A stretch of DNA of 64,000 nucleotides from Acanthaster planci (Eukaryota). Made by a program: the position numbers and the translations under genes. The DNA is taken from NCBI RefSeq assembly GCF_001949145.1, contig NW_019091359.1, positions 1,748,540 through 1,812,539 on the forward strand. The letters are read 5' to 3'. A model generated the notes under the pieces. The model did no database searches. It had not been told where the DNA came from and saw only the letters and a list, made by a program, of their open reading frames with translations. How positions within the stretch are numbered: the first letter of the stretch is position 1; every line of letters begins with the position of its first letter. Shown piece after piece: positions 39,901 to 53,200 of this stretch.

Positions 39901-41471
39901 AACGTAATACGCCTTGAGCAAGAGCACCCCCTCGTCGGTTGAAAAGAGCCATGTTGGTGGGGAGTTTTGTTGGGCCGATTTCCAATACTCAACTTCGTCT
40001 CCGTCTCGGGCTTCTTGTAGGAAATCAATCCCTGATTGTTTTGCTAATTTGCATCTTACTCGATGTTTTGTGGCACTATCAGACTTACTGTTGCGCTTAC
40101 AACCTCAAAGCCAGGAAGTAAAAATACAGTTGAACCTGAACGGACCCCAAGTCGAGTATTGGAAAACGGCCTTGGTAGCCGTTCTCACCAAAAGAACCGC
40201 CGTTGCTAGCAAAATTGCGCCCTCTTTTGATCCAACTCGAGGCTCATAAAGGGAGCCAAGAGCATTCGTGTCCAATTTGAGCCAACAGAGGTTTGTTTCG
40301 CAATGTTGCACAAGTCATTGTAATGGGGTGTAAAAATCTGGAAGTTACTGTCTTGACTGTACTTGTGACTTTTCAGTGTTAGGGGGTCTTGGGGGGGGAG
40401 TTGGCTGACCGATTTTTTTCATTACTCTGGTGTCAATGTGAAATTAATGCGGAAGGAATTACCATTATAATTAACCAGTGTAGACGAAACTCTGTCAAGA
40501 ATTTGAAAATGTAAGTAACGTGTTTGGCAACAGTGCAGTGGTAGGCCCACTTGCCAGAGGCGTATCCAGCTTTCGGGGGGGTGGATTCAAAAAAGAATGC
40601 GGCTTTGGGCTCATTCAACATGATGTTGAGGGAGGAAAAAAATTAAAAGCCTTTCTGGCAGTCCCGACATCCTTGTTTTTATTTGCTGGTGTTGTTTTCT
40701 TTGGGGATTTGGTGCTAAAATTTGATAAATAAGCATACAGATTACATTCTTTCCTACTCACTTATGATGTATTCTTCAAACAAAAGTCCCCTCCAACCTG
40801 GATACACCACTGCCACTTGCTTCCTTCTCTTCAGGAAAGCGATGGTGGTTTTTCATTTTCATCATCTCGTTATTTTCACTTTTTCTGTTGCCATTGCTCA
40901 TTTCAACAGACCTTTGATCCTGATCGATTCTCTCCCGACAACATCCAGAAAATGGACCCTTTCTCCTATCTTCCATTTGCTGCTGGCCCAAGGTAAACAG
41001 AGAAGTTAATGAAATATAAAGTAATGTAAGATTTGAAGCAAAGGAAAGCCACTGAGGTACATATACTAATTTTTTCCCAAAATTCTAGAAACAGTTGGCG
41101 TTACGTGTCAAGAACTAAAAGGGAACTTGTGTTTTTTTCTGAAGACTGTCTAATATTTCGTTGGACGGCAAGAATCCGTATTAAGGACACTTCCTGTATT
41201 ATTTAACTCGAGTGTAATTTTGGCGAGATATAAATCGAGTCGAACCTGCTAACCATCTGACTCTAGTAGTATTGAACTTTGGTTCGTAATTTCCGGCAGG
41301 AACTGTATAGGGCAGAATTTTGCCCTGAACGAGCTGAAGGTGATCCTTGTTCGTCTGCTGAGGAGGTATACCGTTCAGCTCGACCCCAGCCACCCGGTCC
41401 AATTCTCCGGTGGGATGATACTGAAGGCTCACAATGACATCAAGATCTTTCTTAAACCACGCGTGTTGTGA
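30960..41471 (+). CDS. CYP4: Cytochrome P450 family 4 (CYP4-like), copy A, 517 aa. Coding exons: 30960-31118, 36869-37040, 37362-37546, 38380-38504, 38656-38718, 38855-38978, 39134-39408, 39653-39848, 40910-40992, 41300-41471
   Basis: All introns are GT-AG with compatible phases; exon lengths sum to 1554 nt. Motifs: N-terminal TM anchor, [19 protein letters not shown]…W…[11 protein letters not shown]-helix [16 protein letters not shown]-helix KESMR, FDPDRF, heme motif [15 protein letters not shown]. Confidence 0.95.
32279..33272 (+). pseudogene. THAP zinc-finger N-terminus of the transposase (exons 32279-32468 and 33157-about 33272; frameshift near 32420)
   Basis: [17 protein letters not shown]…FFPFPKPK…[32 protein letters not shown]…PDPI gives the C2CH THAP signature across a GT-AG intron. 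No DDE core was recognised downstream. Confidence 0.8.
34660..35610 (-). pseudogene. SWIM zinc-finger accessory gene remnant (N-terminus of the ISL2EU YqaJ-type ORF); exons about 35610-35299 and 34879-about 34660
   Basis: [13 protein letters not shown]…AKCYRSM … [20 protein letters not shown]…[19 protein letters not shown]…KPKK, spliced in phase 2. Contains a frameshift; the nuclease domain was not seen. Confidence 0.7.
39973..40171. mobile_element. PIF/Harbinger-like MITE in a CYP4-A intron
   Basis: GGCCGATTTCCAATACTCAACTT … AAGTCGAGTATTGGAAAACGGCC with a 3-bp TTG duplication (39970-39972, 40172-40174). Confidence 0.8.
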
Positions 41472-43489
41472 AGAAATAATTGTTTTGATCTGATTAGTCC
41501 TGATGACTGCTTCTGGTGAAAAAGAGTGTCATACTCAGTTTGTTGGTGAAACACAAAATTCGTATGAAGTACAATTTAAACGTCGTTCTGAAACAAGACT
41601 AGGCCTATCCTTGGAAATGTTAAGCAGTATGAAAAACATACCTGTGAGCGATGAATCGGTCTGCAGTTGAAATATTTTAGGTTTCATATTAGTGCTGTTA
41701 TCGTAGTGGCCTGTGGTTACGTCAGTGCCCCGATGGGGTGAGAGCTAATTAATTATGTATCCCGCAGGACACATTATGCCTTGCGCGGACAGAGCCTCAA
41801 CATCCACTGCAACAAATAGTCTCTCGGACTCCACGTTTTATTACTTTAATTTGGTGATACTTCTTTTTTAATCCTCGGTTGTAAATTACTACTTTATAAA
41901 CACTGTTTCATTGATAATCAATTCTGATTCCAGTGCATGCAGTGGTTGAGGGTAATTAGGGGCCTACACTGAGCGTTTTTTATGAATGGCGGAGCAATAT
42001 ATAACATTTACCCACGGCTTTGTGGCTGTGGGCGTTGGGTGTTCTCGAACTTTTCAGGGTGCGGTCTTTTATCGCCACTTCGAGCTGAGCAACGCCCAGG
42101 TAAGAAAGTTGCCCCAAAATTCCTTGCTTTCGGTACCCTATCTAGGTTGCGTACCCTCACTACACTGGTATCATCGTGACCACTGATCGCCAAGGAGCAC
42201 ATTAGTTAGTATTATACTTAAGGCTTATGGTATTTTAAGTCAATTTGGGGAGTGTTTTCTTAATCCTATTCGTGGGATTCCTTCACAATAGATTTCTATG
42301 CCTCACACGTTACGTAGTAAACAAGACATGCCACGTTGCATATACTGTGCATGGTAGACCTGGTATGTAACGTCGCGCTGTTTATTACAGTACAACGCAT
42401 ACGTGGGACTGGGCTTTGCATCAGTGGGGCATGACAACATTTTCCGGGGTTAAACTTTTATGTCAACCGTGGGCTTTCAATAATTGTACAATGTACGTTC
42501 CCATATAACTGCATGTACATATGCTGATGGATATTGTTATTGGTGTCGTTTATGTACCTGTTCTTGAATGTGTACTGTATTGTGTTTTGACAGCAGCTCG
42601 AGAGTTGGGGGGGGGGCTTAATTGCCTACGTGCTCAGGCCGACACCAGCAAACCTAGCTCGAACTCATCACTGTCTGAGCTACCACACGGGGATAATTTA
42701 TCAAAGTGCACGTTATATTTCAATTACATGTTTTGCAGACCACTTTTGTAACTGGAGAATAGTAGCTCTTGTACGACCAAATTGTACTTTGTATGCAACA
42801 TTTCTTTAGTTTAAATGATTATGTAATTATTTTACATTCAGGATTTATTTTGAGGTGCAAACTCAAGTGCTGAAATGAGACTGATGAGTCATTTAGAATA
42901 AATACTTGATAGCATATCCGGTGTCCGACTCATCCTTGGGGAGTATTCTTGGTGCCTCATCGTCCAATACTGGAGGATGGACCTACCACCCCACCACCAG
43001 GGGCGGCCTAGAAATCCAGGTCCGGACACATTATTAACTGGTCCAAGATTATTTCTTTGCTTAATATTTTTTCCCATTTTGCCATTTTCAACATCACTTG
43101 GTGTATTCTTTCTGGCTGCAGGTCATATTTACTTTTTAATGTTTATAACTGGTTCCATTTAATTTTAAACTTTATTAGAGTATCAGCTCTGGTAATTTTA
43201 ACGAGATTGTTTTAAATTGTTTAGAAAATATGCTTGCATAAGTGCGCAAATTCTTAGGTTAAAGTAAGTTTAATTTCAAATCTGGTTTTATTTTTTTGTC
43301 GTTTTATCAACTCTACTTAGACCCAAGAGAGATCAGTGAGTTTATATAAATTGAATGGACACCCAGTAGTGAGGGGGGTAGTCTGGCACAATTTGACCTT
43401 TGCTACAGAAATAGGAAAAGATCACACGAGTAGGCATAAGCATAATATTTATGATCTTAAGGATGTGAATAGGAATGAGTTAATATGGT

Positions 43490-44427
43490 AAAAGATGTAT
43501 ACATGATGTCCGACAATAGATGTTTAACAGTGGGCTATTTTTGAATGATAATAAAACAGAATTTGTCATTATTGGCACTCGTCAGCAACTATCCAAGGTA
43601 ACTCAGGATGGTATTCAGGTTGGAGAATCTGCTGTTATACCCCTTGCCGTTGCTCGAAATTTAGGTGCCTGGTTTGATGCCAATATGTCCATGAAAACTC
43701 ACACCACTAAAGTTTGCGGTAGCGCATTATATTATTTGCATTACATTAGGCGCGTTAAGAAATATCTCTCCAAAGAATGTACTGATGAGGCATTGGTTTA
43801 TGCATTTATTTCAAGTAGACTTGACTATTATAATAGTTTGCTTTATGGTTGCCCATCACACAAATTAACCAACTTCAGAGAATGCAGAATGCTTGTGCTC
43901 GACTCGTTCATAAGACATCGAAATTTTGTCAAATCACTCCTCTTCTCATTGAATTACATTGGCTTCCTGTTCGATATAGATTTGAATTTTAAATTTTGCT
44001 GATGACATACGAAGTCTTACATGACCTAGACCCTCAATATTTAACTCAGCTTGTTTCCGTGAAGTCTCGGACCCGTAACCATCTTCGTAGTTCTGGTGAC
44101 AGTGCCTTCCTCAATTATCCTGCGGGTCGGGGTAAGGCTACACTTGGGGACCAAGCCTTTGAATATTGCCCTCTGTATCTCTGGAATAAACTTCCATGTC
44201 ATATTAGGTGTGCTACCAGTGTTATCACTTTTAAATTATTGTTAAATTTCATATTTTTTTAAGAAAGCATTTTATTAATTTAGAACATTTTTGGCGGTTG
44301 TAATTTTGTTTGGTCTATTTTATTCTATATATCCTTGTAGATTCGTTATTTTTTATATTGTAATGAACTCTTGAACATTTTATGGAATGAGCGCTATATA
44401 AATCTAATTCAATATATAATAATAATA
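43490..44427 (+). mobile_element. 5'-truncated L2-like LINE inserted in the left TIR of the 43363-46701 element
   Basis: LNDNKTEFVIIG…RNLGAWFD…YAFISSRLDYYNSLLYG…LWNKLP; (AAT)n tail. Confidence 0.9.
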
Positions 44428-45379
44428 GGAATAGCATAGGGTCAAAAGGTCTAGTGTGACCTTTGGTATGGGATGAACATGACTGTGAAATAGCATAGGG
44501 TCAGAAAATAGGGTACAGTTTGACCTTTTCTATGAAATCACGGCAAAACAGAATGAAATAGGATGATGAAAATAGACGATGAGTCATGTTGCGTGATTTC
44601 ATGGAAAACATCGATTGGCCCGTCAAGAGGTCCTAAAGTAATCAAGAGGCAGTAAGCGATAATCCCTGGACATACAATGGACTGCACGTGCCGCCAGGAT
44701 ATGATAAGAATAATTCTTCTGACACTGAACTGTAAGTGGTGCCGGGTAATGGGGATAATCTTTCGGACAAAGGGCTGTACGCAGCGCTGTGTGGTGGCTT
44801 GCGTGTACTTCGGAGGGAGCGTTGATCTGACTTAAACGAGAGAAGGCGGGCGCATGCTTACAGTTTGGCCTTCTGCTTACTATGGTTACAGAGATCTGAT
44901 CGATACAGGAAGAAGACACGGCTGGCCCAGGCTGAATTTCTTAATCCTTTGAACTAGTGTTTTACGTCCCGTTACCCTGTGCATATATACGGTTTTTTAC
45001 AAATTCAAACAGAGCAGAGCATTACTGTTGATCTTTTTTGTGGAGTAAATGTAAAATACATCATTATATAAAAATTATGGGCGGCAGTTCGGTTTTTCAA
45101 CACGTAGCAAAGGGGCAAATGTACCCTTCGTGGTATGGAATAATGCACAGAATTTCCCGGCCGGTATGCAACCTGAGAATTATTACTCAATAGTCATACA
45201 GGTTAGTAAGAACACAAAACAAATTCAGTCTGCTTCACATACTGGTTTAAGTACTGTTTTTGTTTCTCTTTTTTCGTCATTGATTTTTTACAATTATAAT
45301 ATTAATTTTAAGAATTACTACAAGAGTGATTAGCAGACATATCTTAAACTTTGTATCAGAGGCACTACATGCACTTATT

Positions 45380-46230
45380 TTGTTCATTGTCATTGCTCAT
45401 CTTGATTGCTCTTTTACTCATTTCATTTGCTCTTTACTGATTTTGATTGCTCTTTTACTCATTTCATTGCTCGGTTTGCTGTTTTCATTGTTCATTTGCT
45501 CTTTTCATCGTTCATTTTGCTCTGTTCATTGCTGTTTTACTCATTTGCATTGCTGTTTTATACTCAGTTGCATTGGTCNNNNNNNNNNNNNNNNNNNNNN
45601 NNNNNNNNNNNNNNNNNNNNNNNNNNNNNNNNNNNNNNNNNNNNNNNNNNNNNNNNNNNNNNNNNNNNNNNNNNNNNNNNNNNNNNNNNNNNNNNNNNNN
45701 NNNNNNNNNNNNNNNNNNNNNNNNNNNNNNNNNNNNNNNNNNNNNNNNNNNNNNNNNNNNNNNNNNNNNNNNNNNNNNNNNNNNNNNNNNNNNNNNNNNN
45801 NNNNNNNNNNNNNNNNNNNNNNNNNNNNNNNNNNNNNNNNNNNNNNNNNNNNNNNNNNNNNNNNNNNNNNNNNNNNNNNNNNNNNNNNNNNNNNNNNNNN
45901 NNNNNNNNNNNNNNNNNNNNNNNNNNNNNNNNNNNNNNNNNNNNNNNNNNNNNNNNNNNNNNNNNNNNNNNNNNNNNNNNNNNNNNNNNNNNNNNNNNNN
46001 NNNNNNNNNNNNNNNNNNNNNNNNNNNNNNNNNNNNNNNNNNNNNNNNNNNNNNNNNTTTTACTTATTTGCATTGCTGTTTTACTCAGTTGCATTGCTCT
46101 TTTACTCATTTGCATTGCTGTTTTACTCAGTTGCATTGCTCTTGTACTCATTTCATTGCTCATTTTGCTCTTTTCGTTGTTCATCTCGCTCTTTCCATCG
46201 TTCATTTGTTCTTTGTATTATTCATTTACA
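45380..46230 (+). repeat. About 21-bp tandem repeat (TTTTACTCA[T/G]TTGCATTGCT[G/C]) spanning an assembly gap
   Basis: Repeat units are visible on both sides of the N-run 45579-46057. Confidence 0.85.
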
Positions 46231-49200
46231 GTTAAAATCCATGTGATTGCGCTCCTTTAAATGATTGGACGCGAGTTAACTGAGCTGCAATTCTATTACC
46301 TTTGTGGCCAAATGAATTGCAAAAATTTCTATTTAAAAAATTAAACATTAGTCGAGCTTGCCAAACCAAATCATCATTTGCAATATCACACAACGTGTCT
46401 CATCGTCTGTTTTCATCATCCTATTTCATCCTGCTGTGCCGTGATTTAATAGAAAAGGTCAAATTGTGCCATATTTTCTGACCCTATGGCATTCCGTATT
46501 CATGTTCATCCCATACCAAAGGTCACACTAGACTTTTTTGACCCTATGCTATTCCTATTCATCCCTAGGTCATCTTGTACCATATTAAGTCATTCCTATT
46601 CATATCCTTATGATCATAATTATTATGCTTATACCTTGGTGTGATCTTTTCCTGTTTCTGTAGCAAAGGTCAAATTGTGCCAGACTGCCCCCAACTACTG
46701 GCAGCCCAGCGTAGAAAGGAAACGAATAAAATGAAACTAAGTTAAATGGAAACTAATCGAACAAAACGAAACGAAATGAAATGAAACGATAGAGTAGCAC
46801 TGCACTGTAGTGAGTCATAATTTTTTAAATAAACGAATTTGAATAGAATTATCAAGCAACGCAACAAAGTTTGTATTTCACTGTCTTTTGAAGGGTTAAA
46901 GACGCGGACAACTAACTTGAATTGCCTATTTGATTTTCATATACCCCTTAAACTTCTTTTTTTCAGGGAAGTTTGGAAGTGCACTAAGCACCAAAATTCC
47001 ATATCAGGAAAAGAAAATGGTCATCAGGGTCGAATGTTTTGCGTATAAATGAGTCCAATGTATGTATATAGGCCTGTGCTGTGCGTGTGGGTCGGCCTGA
47101 TTAGTGCACTTTGCTCATTATGCAAACATGCTGTAGCAATATAACCTGAAAGTTGACCCCTAATGGGGCGCTTCCGGAACCCTTGGATAGGAAAAATAAC
47201 GTGCATAGATTTTAGAATTCGTAATATTTTTTCGTAATATTCGTAATATTTGATTTGATTTGATTTGATTTGATTTTAGAATTCGTAATATTTTTCGTTC
47301 GGTTACTTCTAAAAAATCCAACTTGGAAAAGAGGCTTTGGGAAATATTTGCTAGTCTATCAATTTATAGAAACTGAAAAATTACTTGACCTAAAAGAGAA
47401 ATATCCTGCCAAAAATTCAGCAATCACTTCCGAAAATCTAAAAAACATGAAGAACAGTGCAATGAGGCAGTCTTGTACGCAGATGGACATGAACGGTTTG
47501 AAATTTTATGGTTGTCAGTCGGTAAAAGCTGAAATAAAAACAGATCAAAGTATTTTTCACCATCTTATCATTTATAAGGTAATAACCTCTAAGCAATATT
47601 CTACTTCACTTACGAAAGATTCTAATCTGTCATCTAACCTTTGCTGATAACAACTGCGTGATGTCAACTCAACGCAATCTGGAACCCATACACTGCAGGT
47701 AGGTAAATCTTTGCATTGTTGTACGATCTCGTTTCACGTTAGCATGGGAAGCGAAAACAAACGTGCATAAACGTGGAGACCGAGGTACGCATCGCCGGGC
47801 GTGAAAGATCAGTAAGAAAATTCGTTTTTTACCCATTTCCAGGTGACTTTTCCTAAATATTAGTTGAAAACAAAGATAAAATGCCAACATAAGTGTTCCA
47901 GGGGTGGTTTCAGTTAGGAATTATCGTACGGGAGGGCACTACACTTCAAACTCATTGGAAGCTTCCTTTAATTAAAGTCACGATTATTGAATTTTTCTAC
48001 TCGAGTTTCCCCAGCAAAATACATAAAAATATATTGCTTTCGGACCTTTACCGTGTACACGTACTCAATGTACTGTGCATTGCTGTACAGTAAATGTAAG
48101 CCCAACCATAGCGCACACACCGTGCACAAAAAAATTCGACTGCGTGTACTGACTAAAGACAGTCCACGGGAATTGGTGGCACGTGGCGGTTCTGGAAAAG
48201 ACAGTCCACACGTTGATGGCGCGTGGCGGTTGTGGAAAAGTAGATCCGGCAGAAGGTCGGACTAGCCACCCACAATGGATGGCGTAATTAGTAGTAGATA
48301 AGGACGCCTTCCCAGGGGTATGGATTAACATTGGATTCCCGGTTGCAGAGATAGGGCCAGATTTTTAAATGAGAAATTTGCCTCATGTTTTTCAAAAAAT
48401 ATCGAACGTGATAGGATGGTCCAATGTAAAATCCCCATAGGCGGACTGCGCGAGGGTTCCCGAATCTCACTGCGTGACCTTTTACTTTCCGGCTCTATAA
48501 GCTATCTATATTCGCTGATTTCAGCAAAGGTTCCGTTGAGGGAAATAAATAGGGTTAGTTACACAGCGGCTAAAGGCCTTCAGCCGTGTTGCCTTCCTTT
48601 ATTGCATGATTATATTCATAATATTCCTCACCGTTAACAAGTAGAGAAATGTCAGGGAAAACCCGGCAAAACTGAAAAAATCCCCTCTAAAATGTTGCCT
48701 TTACTTCCAATTTCTGAGTCTGTTACTTTGGAGGCCGTTACGTGACAAAAACGAGCAAAACTTTTTGGGGGAAATCGTTTATCGTTATCGTTTGCAAGTT
48801 AGCAAAAGGAACTTTGGGTGTTTAAGTTCTAATCGGTACGGAAATGAGGGGCAAAACAACTGAGATTGATGTTGATCGATTACTTTTGGGATCCACCTGC
48901 CCGAGTCAAGAGCCATTTTACTGGCTTCTGGCAGTGTAGTGGGATTCGGTGCGCATGCGCACCAACTACGTGAGGGCATGAGCATACGTGCACCCAATAC
49001 ATGTACACAATTATTATTAGACCTTGGCAGGACGTGAGCGATACATACTGGCACATACACCCACATGTACCCACACACACACAAAAGCAATTCCGCTACA
49101 ATACATTGCCTCTAGTCGAACTTCTGAGCCTGCATGGCGGGTCTGTTTTCACGTGGTTAAGACTGAGCCGACAAGGGTAAGCTGTAGATCAATGTTTTTA

Positions 49201-50209
49201 AGCAAGCTTGTGTGCAGTTTTGGAATGTTACGTTTTCCTTTCAACTCAATTAGTATCAGTTGATTAAGCCTGTAGAAATAACGATATGAGTTTCTAAACC
49301 CATTCCCTAGATTCTACGTACCCAGTAATCTCGTTAATAGTTTCAGGAGGCGTGACCTTTGTATGACCAAGGCATACAGAGAAACCTCGCGAGAAAGGGA
49401 ATTATGGTATCCCTGAAAAGCCATACAGAATTGCCACCGGGTCCAGTGTGACGACGTCGCATGTACATGCCTCGTCAAAATTCAAAAGTAACTATAATTA
49501 AGTAGATTTTGCATTCCAAACCTTGACGTTCTATTACGGGAAACATATTTGCATGTAAATGAAAAAGCACAGTGGGAAGAAACTGCTGTAGTCGATCGAA
49601 GTAATCCAAGAAATTAGATGCTAATTTTGTCCATAGAAACTAATCCCAAACCATACCAACCTCTTGCCTAAAAATAGGTACGAGTGTTACCGTCCACTTT
49701 AACGTTTGCTTCTTGTTAAGCGCAGTTATACTGCATTTAGCAAGCAATAAGTTTGTTCTGCTTATCAATTCAATGAATTCAATCAAAGGGATGTTAGTTG
49801 ACGGTTTACAGTTCCAGGTCCAGGGGTGGCAAGGGCTGATGCAGGGGGCAATGGGAGCCGTCCACCTATCCCTCCCCCGCCAAAAAGGCCAACAATATAT
49901 TTTTTGACAAGAGAGGCGATTTTTTTTTATGTCCAATACAGTTCTTCCCTTGAAAGAGTATGCAGACAAGCCCCAAATGTAGCCTCATTCTTCAGAAACC
50001 CATTAAAGGTTATGTAAACAATCCCAATTTGTTGCCACCCCCTAAACAACAGCCTCCCCCCCCCCCGAAGTCCTTTGACGGGATCGGGAGTACTTGATCA
50101 CAACACGTATTTCCAGTTCATCTTTCGTTGGACTTTTACCTTTCTTTCACACAGCATTAGACTGGTACCCTCGCTACTGCTTCTACCCTCCTGTATTGAC
50201 ATAATTATC

Positions 50210-53200
50210 ATGGCACTAGGGATAGCCGTCAGCGTGGCTTTAGTGGCCGCCTTGGCGTATGTTGCGTACTTCCTTGTCGGTACAGTACGTTCCATCCGCA
50301 AGCGGAGAGAAGTTCTTCTTCAATGGCCGGGCCTTCCCGTGCACTGGCTGTATGGAAACCTGCACCAGGTACGAAAAACGTACATGTCTGCAGTATCGCG
50401 GCCACTGTCACGAACAGCAACTTACGGAGATTAGTCCGAAGTTATTTCTACAAAGATAAACGTCAGGCAAGCTGTAGGCCTAGTTCGATAAGCTATTTTG
50501 TAAAATAATGCTCCACTCTGCTAGTTCCTGAAGGCTGCAGTAAGGTTGGCTATCTCTTCAAAAATGCCTGTGAACACATCCTCCTCGTGGCTTGGCCGAA
50601 AAAAATCTATCCTCCCGACAGTTGCGTTACACCAGCTAACAATTTTTAAACCTAATATCATGACACATTAATGCGTTTTCACAGCTAGACGATCTGACCA
50701 TGCCCAGTGTCCTTAATAACGACGGATTCCGCAACAATATGTCTCACTACAAGCTTGCCGGTGGTATAGTATCGTATTACGTGGGCAGTATTAGGCCCAC
50801 GTGGCGAGGTCTTCAGTCTGATCTTTCTCGCCAGCCACGCCCGCCACGCCCGCCACGCTTATTAAATCAATCCCTGCGAGTCTTGTTGAATTATTATAAC
50901 CATCGGTAAACAGTGTAGGCTAAAGGTCAGCGGAAAAAATGATACCCTTTGAAAGAATCATTAACGGTTTGAAATGTCTTGATCACACCAAAGCTTCAAG
51001 CCCCCGGACCTGTGTACAAGTTCCGAGCTAACCGTAAGTAATTAAACACTCATTCTGACAGATCTTTTTGGTAATAAAACATAATTATTTTATGCTCTGA
51101 TTTCCCGATTGTGCAGCATCCGTTGACGAATCCAAAAATTCGAACAGAGTCGCCGGAGGAGGGCTTCGCCTTCCACTGTGCAATGACGGAAAAGTTCCCC
51201 CAGGGTTATCGCTTATTTTACGGTCCGACAAGGGGGGAGATCCTCGCAAACCACCCGGACATTTTTAGGCCTATAATGAAAGGACGAGGTGAGCTCAGAC
51301 AAGATCGAGTTTGTACGGTTGTATCCACCGTTTTCAGTGTTGGGCCAAAGCCCCAAGTTGGCGAAAAAAATTTATGCTGGACATTGCCTTTTGTTTCCTG
51401 AGGTGTTCAAACCTAAAGGTTTGGGAGTAGAAGATAAAATGTCGGGTTTATAGAGAGGCTGACCTCGACGAGAAAACGTATGAATTGGGAAGATTTTATT
51501 TTTCTCGAGCAAGAGTCATTCCTAAAATTACCGCTGTGCGTTTCTGGCGTATAGTCAAAGTGAAATATATAATAGGTTTACATGTATTTTTTTGTTTTCT
51601 TCAAAATCCTATTTAAGTAAGTCCTAATATTGAAGTGCAGAGGAGTATGTTTTTAACAAATCTTGGTGCAAATTACAATTGCATTTCCAGACCCGAAGCC
51701 TCTAATGCAGGGCCAGCCGTCCTACAACTTCATGCGGCCCTGGCTTGGGGACGGACTGCTCCTGGCTAAGGGGGATACCTGGGTCCGTAATCGTCGCCTC
51801 CTCACCCCAGCATTCCACTTCGATGTCCTCAAACCCTACATACAAGTCTACAATGAGGCAGTCGATGTGTTTATGGTTTGTGTGATTTTAAGACTCCATT
51901 TTAACTGTACCATAATTTGAATCAAGAGTCCCAAGTAAGGCATATCTCATCTACACAGCTTTCATTTACTTCAGATTACATAAATAACTTTCTTATTTTG
52001 ACTAGCGGACTCATTCTTTCCTCTTTTCCCCAAGCTGCATCATTATTTACCTTCCATAAAATTTCCCCCTTCTCATGTGATCTTTTGTTTTTCTACAATG
52101 GAGCCAAAATCCTATCCTTAGACTTGTTCATCCTCCGGCCTCGGTTTCAGACTTCCCTACTCCTTCCTCGTGATCTGTTGTGGCAATTTCAGCGTGTAAT
52201 GACCACTCAGTTTGGACCTTTGATCTCAATTTAGGCCAAGTTGGACAAGTGTGTTAGGGGCGGCGCTAGTTTTGTGGTGACCAAGAACGTCAGCCTGCTA
52301 ACCCTAGACATTCTCCTTCGATGTGCCTTCTCATACGAGTCCGATTGCCAAGTCCAAGGGTACGTAATGTACTTAACATCCCTGAACTCTGCAAACGCTG
52401 GTATCGTGAAATTCAATTCCATTTTTTGTTCCCATGCATTAATTATTTCAATTTTTTAATTGGGTTATGAAATTTGAACGACTGCCTTTTTTTAATCCTT
52501 GGGTAGGGATGGGAGAACTATTTGAGCAGGATTTTTTCCCTTCTCTCCTCCGTGCACATACTAATGTTAAAGGTTTGGAAGAATGTGTACAGTGCTCAAC
52601 TGATTTGGAAATTCAAGGAGCTTCTGTTTGAATCGAGAGACCAAGCTAATAGTTATGTCAATTTGCTAAGGATTGTATTCCCTTCATTCCAAACTGCAAC
52701 CATCCATTCTTGGTACGCGTACATTGTAAAGCACCTAAGGGCGATTATACTACATACCGGTAAGCGTTTTGTCTTCTTACAGTGATGAGCACCCTTACGT
52801 GAAGGCCACAATGGAGTTATCGAGAATTGTGATAGACAGAATGTTGTAAGTAAGAAGTTAAGGGAGATTTGGTGTTAAAGTTATTAGTAAAGCCTCGACA
52901 AAGTGTTTTTTGCAACCACAAGATTAGCTGTCATTTCACCATTGGTCGATGTTTGTCTCCACAGTTCGATGCTTCTTTACTTCGATTTGCCGTTCAAGCT
53001 ATCTTCAATGGGGCGCCGGTTCAAAAAGAGTTGCGACTTCGTTCATCAAGTGGCAGACGAGGTCATAAAACGGCGTCGGGCACATTTGGTAATGTTCACG
53101 TACGATATTTAAAAGTCCAAAAAGATGAGATTTTTTGCCATTTTGTTGTTTGGTTTGTTTTTTTTAAATTTAAGTGTTAATTCGCTCCCCGGCTGCCTGT

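Larger units (their letters stand above)
43363..46701. mobile_element. Large non-autonomous element with TIRs of about 320 bp, between the two CYP4 genes (unclassified)
   Basis: CCAGTAGT…GTCTGGCACAATTTGACCTTTGCTACAGAAA… mirrored at 46380-46701 (…TTTCTGTAGCAAAGGTCAAATTGTGCCAGAC…ACTACTGG). The left TIR is split by an L2. No clean TSD. Confidence 0.8.

Noticed and set aside
41690..41830. Possible tRNA or tRNA-derived SINE head (A-box-like GTAGTGGCCTGTGG)
   Set aside because: No B-box or cloverleaf could be recognised.
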